The notes beneath the pieces were generated by a model. That model saw only the letters and a program-made list of their open reading frames with translations. It was not told the DNA's origin and made no database searches. Made by a program: the position numbers and the translations under genes. Source: Phoronis australis (lineage: Eukaryota > Animalia > Phoronida). Taken from it: a stretch of 64,000 bases of DNA. The DNA lies in assembly GCA_002633005.1 (NCBI GenBank), contig NMRA01000157.1, positions 187,789 through 251,788 on the forward strand, given 5' to 3'. Below are positions 39,057 to 51,415 of the stretch, piece after piece. How positions within the stretch are numbered: position 1 is the first letter of the stretch; every line of letters starts with the position of its first letter.

Positions 39057-39209
39057 CTGAAAATCAGAGAAATTTTTAAGGTTAAACTCCTTATTGTGGA
39101 ATAGATCCGGGAATATTTTTTTCAAGTATTTGATAGAGGAACCAACGGCTACACGACATATCAATCTTAAAGAAGTTAGTCATTTCAACTGTTCCATAAA
39201 TATACCTAC

Positions 39210-39371
39210 ATTTATTGTCTTGTCCACTGGAAGTAGTTGTTGTCTCTGGTTGGAATGATCCAGTATTGGATGTCGTAGGGGAGTTCGATGTTACCTACTT
39301 ATCTGTTGAGGTCACTGTAGTGTGTGACGACGTCATAGTTGTCGCCGTACTTAATGAGAACGATGCCGGAC
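39210..39371 (-). CDS. Gene 3 mucin-like exon copy A (in-frame TAG at 39295-39297)
   Basis: 162 nt, phase 1-1, GAG acceptor, GTAGGT donor; S/T-rich. Confidence 0.55.
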
Positions 39372-39800
39372 CTCAAAATTAAAAACATTATTTAGAATAT
39401 GACTGCACTTGATTAACACCATCGGTTCAACGAGGTCAAAGGGCAAAGACATCTGATTGGTTCGCGATGACGATTTCCCGGCTGCACCATCAGAGTCGAG
39501 GCAGTGCAGTCTGAGTCTATGAAATGTATGCATCATCCTAACAACAATAAATAATCAATAGAAACAAAACCGATAGAGAACAACCAAAGAGGGATCTATG
39601 GCAATGTAGATAAAATATTTTTACATTATACAATATGGACCTGTCCTAAGGACAAGTGAATGCAAAATTTCAAATGTATGTGGACCAAAGGGGAGCAAAA
39701 TGGAATGGAATAAAGTATGGAAAATTGGGGGAAAAACAAAAATGAAAGCCCTCTGAGGAAAATGCGGAAATTGAATGATGAACAGGAAAGATGAATATAA

Positions 39801-39812
39801 TAATGACGATGG

Positions 39813-39848
<36 letters not shown>

Positions 39849-39960
39849 CGACGACGACGACATTGACGATGACAACAACGACGACGACGATGACGATGAT
39901 GACATGGACGAGTCCAAGGACAAGGACAATGACGCTTCCGACAACAAAGACGACGCAATG
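39801..39960. repeat. (GAT/GAC)n microsatellite in intron
   Basis: Direct; generates spurious poly-D/S/H ORFs. Confidence 0.95.
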
Positions 39961-40148
39961 ATAGAATCACATCGTTACCTCATTCATCATTGAGGCACTT
40001 GACGAGATCCGTCAGCGTAGAAAAATGGAAGAGGTCAGAAACGGTGAGAACCGGTCCCAATACTTTTCTCAAGCATTTGAGAAATGATTTCTCATGGAAC
40101 CGACAGACAAAGAAAGTCTCAGTTTTAATGCAGATGATAAATACCTAC

Positions 40149-40304
40149 TTCTTAAGTCTTGTCCGCTGGAAGTAGTTGAAGTCTCGATTTGGTCAGTCGT
40201 GGATGTCGTGGTGGGCTTGAAAGTCAGGTGCTTATCTCTTGAGGTCATTGGAGTGTGTGATGACGTCGTAGCTGACTCCGTACTCAATGAGGACGTTGGT
40301 GGAC
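40149..40304 (-). CDS. Gene 3 mucin-like exon copy B (PPTSSLSTESATTSSHTPMTS...TSSGQDLR)
   Basis: 156 nt, open, phase 1-1, GAG acceptor, GTAGGT donor. Confidence 0.65.
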
Positions 40305-41901
40305 CTCAAAAGTAAAGCGTTATTTAGAATAAGTCCACACTGGATTTATTCCGTCGGTTCGACGAGGTGAAGGGACAAAGACACCTGACGATTTCCGGTT
40401 AAAATGTCTGAGCCGACTGATCTGGCGGCAACGGCGAAGTGAATGCAGCGCAGTCTGAGCTTATGGAAATACGAAAAATGCATCAATCTAACAGCAACAA
40501 ACCAACAACGAACCTTTCAAATTGGTTGAGAACAAGTATGGAGGGGTGTACCGCAATGTAGTTGCAACAGTTTTATACTATACAACTATGGAAATGTCTT
40601 GAGCGTAATGTTTCACACGTGTATGGTCCAAAGGAATGCGATATGAAACGGAATAATTTATGGCAAATTGGAGCAAAAACAAAATGAAAGCGCTCTAGTG
40701 AAGCAATCCGCCCAAAAATTTTTTCGTTATCGGTAGTGCTTCAGACCACTGAATTTGCTTGTCAAGGGAAACTAGCTTTTGGAGTACCCATGGCATGGCC
40801 GTCAAGGGAATTCAAGGCGTTTTACTGTGACCAATTTAAAATCAATAAAGGACAAAAACACGATGGCGTTGTTGTAGACATAGGTCAGAACATGATTTCG
40901 TGGCTTTCAAATTAGACAAATAACTCCCACACAATGGAAACTTTAGAGGTAACGTGCACATTTAATTTCGTCTTGAACACACTTTATTGCTGTTCTATCT
41001 TGTAAAAACCTTCGCGACATGTGATTATTATTTAGAGCTTCTTTTGGACACAATAGCGAATGTGAGCAAAAGTTTGGTGAAGCTGTGTGGTCAATGTGGT
41101 AGAGAGAAATATGATACGTCGTTGGCTCTCGTAAAGATAGCGAGGAATATAGCTCGTCCGAAATTTATAATCATGGCCGGCCGCCCACTTGTCGGTGAAC
41201 TCATGGGATTCGTAAACACTGCTCTCCGATCACCAGGCACGGTGCATGGTCTCACAATACAAACGTGGCAAAGGCCCGGGACAAGGTTTTAGGGTAGGGA
41301 GGGTAAGGGTGTACTTGGGCTTCAAAACCTGTATCAAAATAATGAAAAATAAAACGAACCAAATCTATAATGCCAAAATAAAAAAGGTTTCAAGGCTTCA
41401 CTATCAATATTATACTGACAACGCGTACGCCATCTGATTCACAATCACGCATGTTGGATTCCATGTTCTGCTACTGCGTTAGGCGGTCAATGAACTACAT
41501 TACCGAACCACAAAAAGTTCTGTTCTTGGATTGGCAAGCGCTCACAATGATACCTCACGTTCACGTTTAAGGTGTAAGAAAGTCGTGTATGACACTGCTT
41601 TAATTTTTATCAAATTTTCTTTCTATATATCCATTAATACAAGTGATAGAAAGCAGTTTAATTGCTAGACCCCAATTTAAAAGGGGACAAGAAAAAACAA
41701 GAATCAAATGCAAGCAATTGAGGGAAGATGATTGATTGAAAAAATGGAAGTGGATAAAGAGGTCGGAAGCAGTCGAAGATAGTCGGAACCGATCCTAATA
41801 CTTTTCTTAAGTATTCGAGAAATGATTTCTCACGGAACGGGCTTTGAAGAAAAAATCAATTTAAAGCAGTTGTGCATCCTGTCTACTCCACATATACTTA
41901 C

Positions 41902-42048
41902 TTTTTATGTCTTTTTCACTGGAAGTTGTCTCGAAATTGCGTGATGTAGTCGTGGTGGCCTTCGATGCTACGTACTTCTCTGTTGAGCTCATGGTAGTGC
42001 GTGGAAATGAAGTCGTAGCTGACACCGTACTCAAGGACGTTGCCGGAC
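41902..42048 (-). CDS. Gene 3 mucin-like exon copy C (PATSLSTVSATTSF...TSSEKDIK)
   Basis: 147 nt, open, phase 1-1, GAG acceptor, GTAAGT donor. Confidence 0.65.
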
Positions 42049-42171
42049 CTCAAAAGTCAAACTTTATTTAGAAATGACTGTACTTGATTTAACACGTCTG
42101 TTCAACCAGGTCAACGGACAACGACATCTGACTGGTTGGCAGTGACGACTTCCGGAAAACAAATCAACCAG

Positions 42172-42302
42172 GGCCTATTTGCATAGCAACAATGACGTCG
42201 CGTTATCACGCGCCACGTTATTATTATTAAACAATGCTCCTGACAACACGCAACAATCAAACTTACCCCGAGGATAATTTTGAAGTTCTATGCAACTCAG
42301 TC
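42172..42302. mobile_element. PIF/Harbinger-like MITE, also present in the next unit (~44225-44355)
   Basis: TIR-like TTGCATAG / CTATGCAA; CAG TSD; empty site AATCAGATATC at ~48891-48901. Confidence 0.6.
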
Positions 42303-43953
42303 CAGATATCTTAACAAGTTTACCTGGTTGCATCGGCTGAGTGAATACAGTGCAGTTTGAGCCAATGAGAAATACGAAATTTGCATCATTCTGTCAGCAA
42401 GAAATTAATTATTAACCTTATACACTGATTAACAATAAGCAAAGGGGAATAGCAATGTAGTTGAAATGCTAGAAAATTTTACAATTATGGATCTGTCTTG
42501 AGGGCAATATCAAGTTTCCTGCGTATATGGACCAAAGGAAAGCAGAACGACGCTAAAGGCAACATTGCTCCCCTGAAAACAAATTTGGAAAACTGAGGCA
42601 AAAGCAAAATGAAAACGCTCTAGTGAAGCAGTCTGCTTGTTGATGTTGGCTTACGCAAAATGTGAAGGGGCTGCTACTTCATAAATACTTACGTTTTCGC
42701 TGGCACAATGTTTACTTAAGCCATTTTATCACTCTAAATTGACCTTCGTTTTGTTCTGTACTCAGCCGAGAAATTATTTCTTGATCGGTAGTGCTTCAGA
42801 CCACTGAGCTTGCTCGTCAAGGCGAGCTAGCTTTTGGAGTCCCCAAGTCATGACCGTCAATTAGGGAATTCTAGGAGCTTTATTGTGACCAATATCAAAT
42901 CAGGTAAAGGACAAGAACACGATGACGTTGTTTTAGACATGGTCACAGCTTGATTTCGCGGCTTTCCTATCAGACAATTAGCTTCCACACAATGGAAACT
43001 TTAGAGGTAACGTGCACATTTCATTTCGTCTTGAGCACAGTTTATTGCTGTTCTATCTTGTTGAAACCTTCGCGACATGTGATTATTATTTAGAGCTTCT
43101 TTTTTGACACAATAACGAGTGTGAGCAATTGTTTGGTGAAGCTGTGTGGTCAAAGTGGTAGAGAGAAATATGATACGTCGTTGGCTCTCGTAACGATAGC
43201 GAGGAATATAGCTCGTTCGCCATATATAATCATGATTAACTTGTCGGTGAACTCATGGGATTCGTAAAGACTGCTCTTTGATCGCCAAACACGGTGCATG
43301 GACTCACAACACACAGCAAAGGTCTGGAACAATCATGCTTTACGGTATGGATTGCTAGGGGTGTACTTGGGTTTCAAAATTTGTGCCAAAATGTTGAAAA
43401 AAAAACACCCAAATCTTTACCAAAAATATAAAAAGGATTCAATACCACGGATTCACTATCAATATTATATTGACTCACAACCTTTTATCCCATCTGATTC
43501 ACAATCACCCATCTTGGATTCCATGTCCTGCTACTGTGTTAGGCGGTCAATGAACAACATTACGGAACCAGAAGAAGTTCTGTTCTTGGATTGGCAAGCT
43601 CTCACAATGATACCTCACGTTCACGTTTAAGGTGTAAAAAGTCGTGTATGACACTGCTTTATTTTTTATCAAATTTTCTTTCTATATGTATCCATAAATA
43701 CAAGTGATAGAAAGTAGTTTAATTGCTAGAGACCAACTTAAAACGGAGCAAGAAAAAAAATAAAATCCAAGCAATTGAGGGAATGATTGAAAAATGGAAA
43801 TGGATAAAGAGGTCGGAAGCAGTCGAAGACAGTCGGAACCGTTCCTAATACTTTTCTTAAGTATTCGAGAAATGATTTCTTACGGAACCGGCGGTGAAAG
43901 AAAAAATCAATTTTAAAGCGGTTGTGCATCCCGTCTGGTCCACGTGTACTTAC

Positions 43954-44100
43954 GTTTTATGCCTTTTGTACTGGAAGTTGTCTCCAATTTGCTTGATGTA
44001 GTCGTGGTGGCCACCAATGCTACGTACTTATCTGTTGAGGTCATGGTAGTGCGTGGCAATGAAGTCGTAGCTGACTCCGTACTCAAGGACGTTGCCGTAC
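43954..44100 (-). CDS. Gene 3 mucin-like exon copy D
   Basis: 147 nt, open, phase 1-1, GAG acceptor, GTAAGT donor. Confidence 0.65.
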
Positions 44101-46020
44101 CTCAAAAGTCAAACTTTATTTAAAAAATGACTGCACTTGATTTAATACGTCTGCTCAACCAGGCCAACGGACAAACACATCTGATTGGTTGGCAGTGACG
44201 ACTTCCGGTAAACAATCCAATCAGGGCCTAGTTGCATAGCAACAATGACATCGCGTTATCACGCGCCACGTTGATATTATTAAACAATGCTCCTGACATC
44301 ACGAAACAATCAAATTTACCCCGAGGATAATTTTGAAGTTTTATGCAACTCAGTCCAGATATCTTAACAAGTTTACCTGGTTGCATCGGCTGAGTGAATG
44401 CAGTGCAGTTTGAGCAAATAAGACATATGAAATTTGCATCATTCTGACGGCAAGAAATTAATTATTAACTTTATACAGTGATTAACAACAAGCAAAGGGG
44501 AATAGCAATGTAGTTGAAATGCTAGAATATTTTATGATTATGGATCTGTCTTGAGGGCAATATCAAGTTCCCCACGTATATGGACCAAAGTAAGGCAGAA
44601 CGACGCTAAAGGCAACATTGCCCCCCTGAAAACGAATTTGGAAAACTGAGGCAAAAGCAAAATGAAAACGCTCTAGTGAAGCAGTCTGCTTGTTGATGTT
44701 GGCTTACGCAAAATGTGAAGGGGCTGCTATTTCATAAATACTCACGATTTCGCTGGCAAAATGTTTACTTAAGACGTTTTATCATACCAAATTGACCATC
44801 GTTTTGTTCTGTACTAAGCCGAGATATTATTTCTTGATCGATAGTGCTTCCGACGACTAAGCTTGCTTGTGAAGGCGAGCTATAGCTTATGGAGTCCCCA
44901 AGTCATGACCGTCAATCTGGGAATTCTAGGAGTTTTATTGTGACCAATATCAAAGCAGGTAAAGCACAAGAACACGATGACGTTGTTTTAGACATGGGCC
45001 ACAACTTGATTTCGCGGCTAATTTCAAATCAGACAATTAACTCCCACACAATGGAAACTTTAGATGTAAAGTGCACATTTCATTTCGTCTTGAACACACT
45101 TTATTGCTGTTCTATCTTGTAAAAACCTTTGCGACATGTGATTATTATTTAGAGCTTCTTTTTGACACAATAGCGAGTGTGAGCAATTGTTTGGCGAAGC
45201 TGTGTGGTCAAAGTGGTAGAGATAAATATGATACGTCGTTGGCTTTCGTAAAAATGGCGAGAAATATTGCTCGTCCGCCATTTATAATCATGGTTCACTT
45301 GTCGGTGAAATCATGGGATTCGTAAACACTGCTCCTTGATCGCCAAGCACGGTGCATGGACTCACAACACACAGCAAATGTCTGGAACAATCATGTTTTA
45401 CGGTATGGATGGCGAGGGGTGTATTTGGGATTGAAAATGTGTACCAAAATAATGAAAAATAAAACACCCAAATCTATACCAAAAATATAAAAAGGTTTCA
45501 ATACCACGGTTTCACTATCAATATTACATTGACTCACAACCCGTACCCCATTTGATTCACAATCACCCATCTTGGATTCCATGTCCTGCTACTGTGTTAG
45601 GCGGTCAATGAACTGCAGTACCGAATCAGAAGAAAGTTCTGTTCTTGGATTGGCAAGCGCTCACAATGATACGTCACTTTCACGTTTAAGGTGTAAAAAG
45701 TCTTGTATGACACTGCTTCATTTTTTATCAAAATTTCCTTCTATATATCCATAAATACAAGAGACAGAATGTAGTTTAATTGTTAGACACCATATTACAA
45801 GGGGAGAAGAAAAACAAGAATCAAAAGCAAACAATTGAGGGAAGATGATTGATTGAGAAAAGGGAATTAGATAAAGAGGTCGCAAGCATTCGAAGATAGT
45901 CGGAGCCGTTCCTAACACTTTTCTTAAATATTCGAGAAATGATTTCGCACGGAACCTGCGTTGAAAGAAAGAATCAATTTTAAAGCAGTTGTGCATCCCC
46001 TCTGCTCCACATATACTTAC

Positions 46021-46167
46021 TTTGTATGTCTTTTCCACTGGAAGTTATCTCGAATTTGCTTGATGTAGTCGTGGTGGCCGTCGATGCTACGTACTGATCT
46101 GTTGAAGTCCTTGTAGTGCGTGGCGATGAAGTCGTACCTGACTCCGTACTCAAGGACGTTGCCGGAC
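46021..46167 (-). CDS. Gene 3 mucin-like exon copy E
   Basis: 147 nt, open, phase 1-1, GAG acceptor, GTAAGT donor. Confidence 0.65.
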
Positions 46168-47079
46168 CTCAAAAGTCAAATTTTATTTAGAAAATGATTT
46201 GAGAGCAATGTCAAGTTCCACACGTATATGGTCCAAAGTAAAGCAGAACGACGTTAAGGCAACATTGCTTCCTTGAAAACGAATTTGGAAAATTGAGGCA
46301 AAAGCAAAATGAAAACGCTCTAGTGAAGCAGTATACTTGTTGATGTTGGCTTACGCAAAATGTGAAGGGGCTGCTATTTCATAAATACACACATTTTCGC
46401 TGGCAAAATGTTTACTAAGGTCATTTTATCATTCTAAATTGACCATCGTTCAACTTTTGTTTGTTCTGTACTCAGCAGAGAAATTATTTCTTGTTCGGTA
46501 GTGCTTCAGACCACTGAACTTGCTTGTCAAGGCGAGCTAGCTTTTGGAGTCCCCCAGTCATGATCGTCAATCAGGGAATTCTAGGTGTTTTATTGTGACC
46601 AATTTCAAATTAAAGAAAGGACCAGAACACGATGAGGTTGCCAAGACATAGTCCACAACATGATTTCGTGGCTTTCATATATGACAATTAACTCCCACGC
46701 AATGAAAACTTTAGAGGTAACGTGCACATTTCATTTCGTCTTGAACACACTTTATTAATGTTCTATCTTGTAAAAACCTTCGGGATATGTGATTATAATT
46801 TAGAACTTCTGTTTGACACAATAATCAGTGTGAACAATTGTTTGGCGAAGCTGTGTGGTCAAAGTGGTAGAGAGAAATTTTATACGTAGTTGGCTCTCGT
46901 AAATATAGCGAGGAATATAAGCATGTCCGCCATTTATAATCATGGCTCACTTGCCAGTGAACTCGTGGCATTCGTAAACACTGCTCTCCGATCGCCAAGC
47001 ACAGTGCATGGACTCACAACGCACACCAAAGGTCCGGGACTATCATATTTTAGGGTAGGAAGAGGAAGGGTGTACTTTG

Positions 47080-47321
47080 CATGCGGACACCCAGCCTTTA
47101 ATATGGGTGGGCTCGAATTTCTGACAAAGTGGACCTTTGTTAACAAAAAAGAGGGAGAAATAAAAAAACGGGGTACCACCTTCAGTACTGTGAACATTGC
47201 GTCTACGCCTTTTAGCGGACTTTTGTCTCATTTTCTCGGACTTTTTGTTTCTCTAAGAAGGACCTTTTTACCCACTTCGCCAAATGGCCCCCCCCCCGAG
47301 CAACCGCTGGGTGCGCGCATG
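47080..47321. mobile_element. CATG-ended MITE with 5-bp TSD
   Basis: CATGCGGACACCCAGC / GCTGGGTGCGCGCATG; TSD CTTTG; absent from paralogous units (GTGTACTTGGG). Confidence 0.85.
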
Positions 47322-48586
47322 CTTTGGCTTCTTAATCTTTATCAAAATAATGAAAAAATACGATCCAAATCTAAACCGAAAATGAAAAATGTCACAAACA
47401 CGCATTTTGGACTCTATGTCCTGCTACCGTATTAGTCGGTCAATGAGCCACGTCACCGAGTTAAAAGAAGTTCTGTTCTTGGATTGGGCACGTTCATATT
47501 TAAGGTGTAAAAAGTCTTGTATGATACTGCTTCAAATTTCATCGAATTTTCTTTCTGCATACCCATAAATACATGTAAAAGAAAACAGTTTAATTGCTAG
47601 ACACCAGTTTAAAGGGACATTCAAGTAAAACAATAATTAAACCATGGGCGGCACAGCACTGGAAAAAAGTGGCGGGCTATAGCCCCCAGACCTCTACCGT
47701 GCACCGCCCATGTAAAAGCAAACAATTGAGGGAAGATGATAGACTGAAAACATAGAAGTGGACGAAGAGGTCGAAAGCGGTCAAAAACAGTCGGAACCAT
47801 TCCTAATACTTTTCTTGAGTATTCGAGAAATCTAGTGATTTCTTATGGAACAGGCGGTCAAAGAAAGAATCAATTNTTCAGTACTGTGAACATTGCGTCT
47901 ACGCCTTTTAGCGGACTTTTGTCTCATTTTCTCGGACTTTTTGTTTCTCTAAGAAGGACCTTTTTACCCACTTCGCCAAATGGGGGGGGGGCTCATTCGA
48001 GCCCCCAAGAGCAACCGCTGGGTGCGCGCATGCTTTGGCTTCTTAATCTTTATCAAAATAATGAAAAAATACGATCCAAATCTAAACCGAAAATGAAAAA
48101 TGTCACAAACACGTATTTTGGACTCCATGTCCTGCTACCGTATTAGTCGGTCAATGAGCCTCGTCACCGAGTTAAAAGAAGTTCTGTTCTTGGATTGGGC
48201 ACGTTCATATCTAAGGTGTAAAAAGTCTTGTATGATACTGCTTCAAATTTCATCGAATTTTCTTTCTGCATACTCATAAATACTTGTAAAAGAAAACAGT
48301 TTAATTGCTAGACACCAGTTTAAAGGGACATTCAAGTAAAACAATAATTAAACCATGGGCGGCACAGCACTGGAAAAAAGTGGCGGGCTATAGCCCCCAG
48401 ACCTCTACCGTGCACCGCCCATGTAAAAGCAAACAATTGAGGGAAGATGATAGACTGAAAACATAGAAGTGGACGAAGAGGTCGAAAGCGGTCAAAAACA
48501 GTCGGAACCATTCCTAATACTTTTCTTAAGTATTCGAGAAATCTAGTGATTTCTTATGGAACAGGCGGTCAAAGAAAGAATCAATT
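47181..48586. repeat. ~0.7-kb tandem duplication (47181-47875 vs 47877-48586) joined by a single N; probable assembly overlap
   Basis: Near-identical copies; N at 47876. Confidence 0.85.
47643..47712. mobile_element. 70-bp mini-MITE CATGGGCGG...CCGCCCATG (relative at ~6122-6182)
   Basis: TIRs; TSD-like TAAAC/TAAAA. Confidence 0.6.
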
Positions 48587-48627
48587 TTACAGCAGTTGTG
48601 CATCCCGTCTGCTCCACATATACTTAC

Positions 48628-48774
48628 TTTTTATGTCTTTTCCACTGGAAGTTGTCTCGAATTTGCGTGATGAAGTCGTAGTGGCCTCCGATGCTACGTA
48701 CTTATCTGTTGAGGTCATGGTAGTACATGGTGATGAAGTCGTAGCTGAATTCGTTCTCAAGGACGTTCGCAGAT
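48628..48774 (-). CDS. Gene 3 mucin-like exon copy F (canonical TAG acceptor)
   Basis: 147 nt, open, phase 1-1, acceptor GACCTTTTAG, donor GTAAGT. Confidence 0.75.
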
Positions 48775-50243
48775 CTAAAAGGTCAAATTATTTAGAATAT
48801 GACTACACTTGATTTACCTCGTCGGTTCAACCAGGTCAACGGACAAATACATCTGATTGGTTGGCAATGACGACTTCCGGTAGACAAACCAATCAGATAT
48901 CTGAACAAGTTGACGCGGTTGCACTGGTTGAGTGAATGCAGTGCAGTTTGAGCCAACAAGAAATATGAAAGTTGCATCAATCTAACAGCAAAAAATTAAT
49001 AATTAATTTTGTAAATTGAATGAAAACAAGCAAAGAGGAATCTATCCCAATGTAGTTGAAATATTTTTACATTATCCAACTATGCACCTGTCCTTAGGGC
49101 AATGTAAAGTTTCACAGGTATGTGGACCAAAGGAAAGCAATGGAACGACTCCAACGCAACATTGCTCCTCTGGAATAGTTTATGGAAAACTGATTCAAAA
49201 ACCAAAAATGAAAGAGCTCTGGAGAAAGTCACTTCTCGAAATTTAATGATAAACGATAATGATGACGATAATGGTGGTGAAGAAAGTGATGATAATGAAC
49301 AAAGATGATAAAATGAAGAAAGTGATGATAATGAACAAAGATGATAAAAATGGTGATAATCAATGACACCTTATACACCCGATCTTGGCGAAATTGATAT
49401 GTAAACAAGACAATGATAATGATGATGACAAATGATTATATGAAAGTCAGCCTTTTACACCACATTTGGATTATTATGATGAAGTAGGTAATAACCGTGA
49501 CAATGACGATTATGACGATGATAAACGCGCCCATGACGGAGGGGACCAAGGTAACAGGTCTTGACAATGCTGATCTGGTAATTTTGCACTCGTCTTTTTG
49601 ATTTACCGGCATTTTAAAAGTTCATTCAGGTGCCGTTGCACAGCAGGATTTTTAAAATGACTCAAACCATCAATGCACACAGACAAATAAGTAAGGCTAA
49701 AGAATACCACCTAGCCTTACACCATTTGAAACAAAAACTGAAGGAATATAAAGTACCCTAACGTATACACATGCACCAGCTTAAGTTAAAACACCAGTAA
49801 GGTAACATCCAAATGATATACCCTGGCACACCTCTTCTGGTGAAATTGTTAAACAGCGTTAGGACAGTGATTAACTCTATCAAATGCCTTGATGGAATCT
49901 AGAGAATCTAGTAAATAACCAATACACTTGTGTTCGACTATGGTATGCACTGACAAATTCGTTCATAGGTACACTGATCAATAGGTATGGGGCGCTTTTT
50001 AAAGCCAAGATGATTAGGACTGGTAGCTAGCACGTCACTTACACGGTTAAGAAATTCGATCTCAAAACCAAAGTGAATGGACGGTAAGTATCTTTAGAAG
50101 TGAGACTACCCTGTTTGTCTTTCAAAACGCGGGAAATTAAAACAGATGCTAAAGATTCAGGTAACACACAGTACTCAGCGTGTACAGATCTATGTCGAGA
50201 GGTAATGTGCTGCATGTATATGATGTATCTGACGTAAGCTTAC

Positions 50244-50361
50244 ATTCAGGGTTACATGCTTCCCATTTTATTTTGAAGGGACACACCGTAGACATTTCAA
50301 CAGCAGTGACTGGGAACAAGTCAACGTGGGAGGACATCGGGTTGTTATCGGTTGAATCTAC
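50244..50361 (-). CDS. Gene 3 exon: C-terminal part of FAMeT-like domain (VDSTDNNPMSSHVDLFPVTAVEMSTVCPFKIKW)
   Basis: Acceptor TTATTTTTGTAG, donor GTAAGC; phase 0 to 1. Confidence 0.7.
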
Positions 50362-50919
50362 CTACAAAAATAAGATTCATGTCATAATTGCCTTGAAACA
50401 AATTTAGATACTAGCACTTACAAGATTGAGGGTCCCAGATTATGAGAAGGAATTTGATGCCGGTTGTTTAGTGAAGGACATGGCTCTCAAGTTCCCTGTA
50501 AGTTACTATTACACATGGTGGCCAGTAAACCGTAAAGCTGCTGGAACTTTTACATGATATTTTAGTGATAGTGCAAAACCCGAAGTTGTGTTACTGATGC
50601 GCATTTTTTGTTCTTTCATACCTCTATAGGAAACAACATTCAATAAGGCAGTCACGCACACAATATGTGGACCTCTCACCCAATCCTATTGACAACTTGA
50701 TAAAAACAATTTCGAAACTACGCCATCTTTTTCAACAGAATTTGAAATAAAATTTTCGTTCAAGTAAAACTACTTGCAAAAAGTTTAAAAAACAACCAGG
50801 AATCCGAAGTTATGGCTACGAATAAGCTGTTTATCCTATAATACATGATACGCATACATGCACCAGCGTGCACATGCAAATGTAAGCAAGTCCACGCACA
50901 CACATACACGCACGTGTAC

Positions 50920-51203
50920 CGTTATAATGTTATCGTCTTCGGAGATCCAGAACGGATTGAAATCCCTGGAGGAACGATTTGGAGATTGCAGACCCTTCCT
51001 CGCTGCACGGACGACCAGGTTGAGGTGATTTATGATAACCTCAATTTCAAACCTATCAGCCTGAGGAGTAATGTTCAGCTTGACGGAGTGTTCACTGAAT
51101 AGTTGGGCATCAAATCTGAGGCATCGAGGTTGTTTGAAGTTGCATTTGGTAGGCAAACGTATGTAACTGCAATCAATTGCACTGCCATATGTATCGTGAC
51201 TGC
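50920..51203 (-). CDS. Gene 3 exon: N-terminal part of divergent FAMeT-like (Methyltransf_FA) domain
   Basis: Acceptor CTTTTACAG, donor GTACAC; phase 1 to 0; RFDA...FEIEVII...SSRDFNPFWISEDDNIITV fits the recalled F.V.A..YEI.IG..E.R.FWI.W..G.I.V pattern. Confidence 0.65.
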
Positions 51204-51320
51204 CTGTAAAAGATTTGTACTTCTTTAGAAGGGAATGAAATCACATTTTTACATTAAATTGTATAAAATCATGGAATTTCATATCAGCATCAATATTTAC
51301 GACTCGCATACAAAACTTAC

Positions 51321-51415
51321 AATTGCACTGACAGGCGCATTTAGCTCCACGGTTGCTACCTTTGGCGTTGCCAGAAGCGTTCAACGCGAGGCACAAATGC
51401 GGAATTGTTGGCAAC
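51321..51415 (-). CDS. Gene 3 candidate upstream exon (…GAKCACQCN); 5' boundary unresolved
   Basis: GTAAGT donor in phase 1 with an open frame back to a TGA near 51437; no ATG or AG acceptor found in frame. Confidence 0.35.

Larger units (their letters stand above)
39210..49230 (-). repeat. Tandem exon+intron duplication array (six units, ~0.9-2.6 kb, typically ~2.05 kb)
   Basis: Colinear intron similarity between units; each unit carries one mucin exon. Confidence 0.9.

Noticed and set aside
24589-39297. Stop-codon reassignment explaining in-frame TAG/TGA in three genes
   Set aside because: MED14 ends with TAG at the expected C-terminus, long exons contain no internal stops, and one gene also has a frameshift
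39621-39993. Poly-Asp, poly-Ser and poly-His ORFs
   Set aside because: Translations of an intronic (GAT/GAC)n microsatellite
40305-40490. PAN/apple-like coding extension upstream of the mucin exons
   Set aside because: Several in-frame stops and indels among copies; treated as intron
40987-47435. Recurrent plus-strand ORFs in the tandem array
   Set aside because: Frames are not conserved between units; intronic antisense sequence
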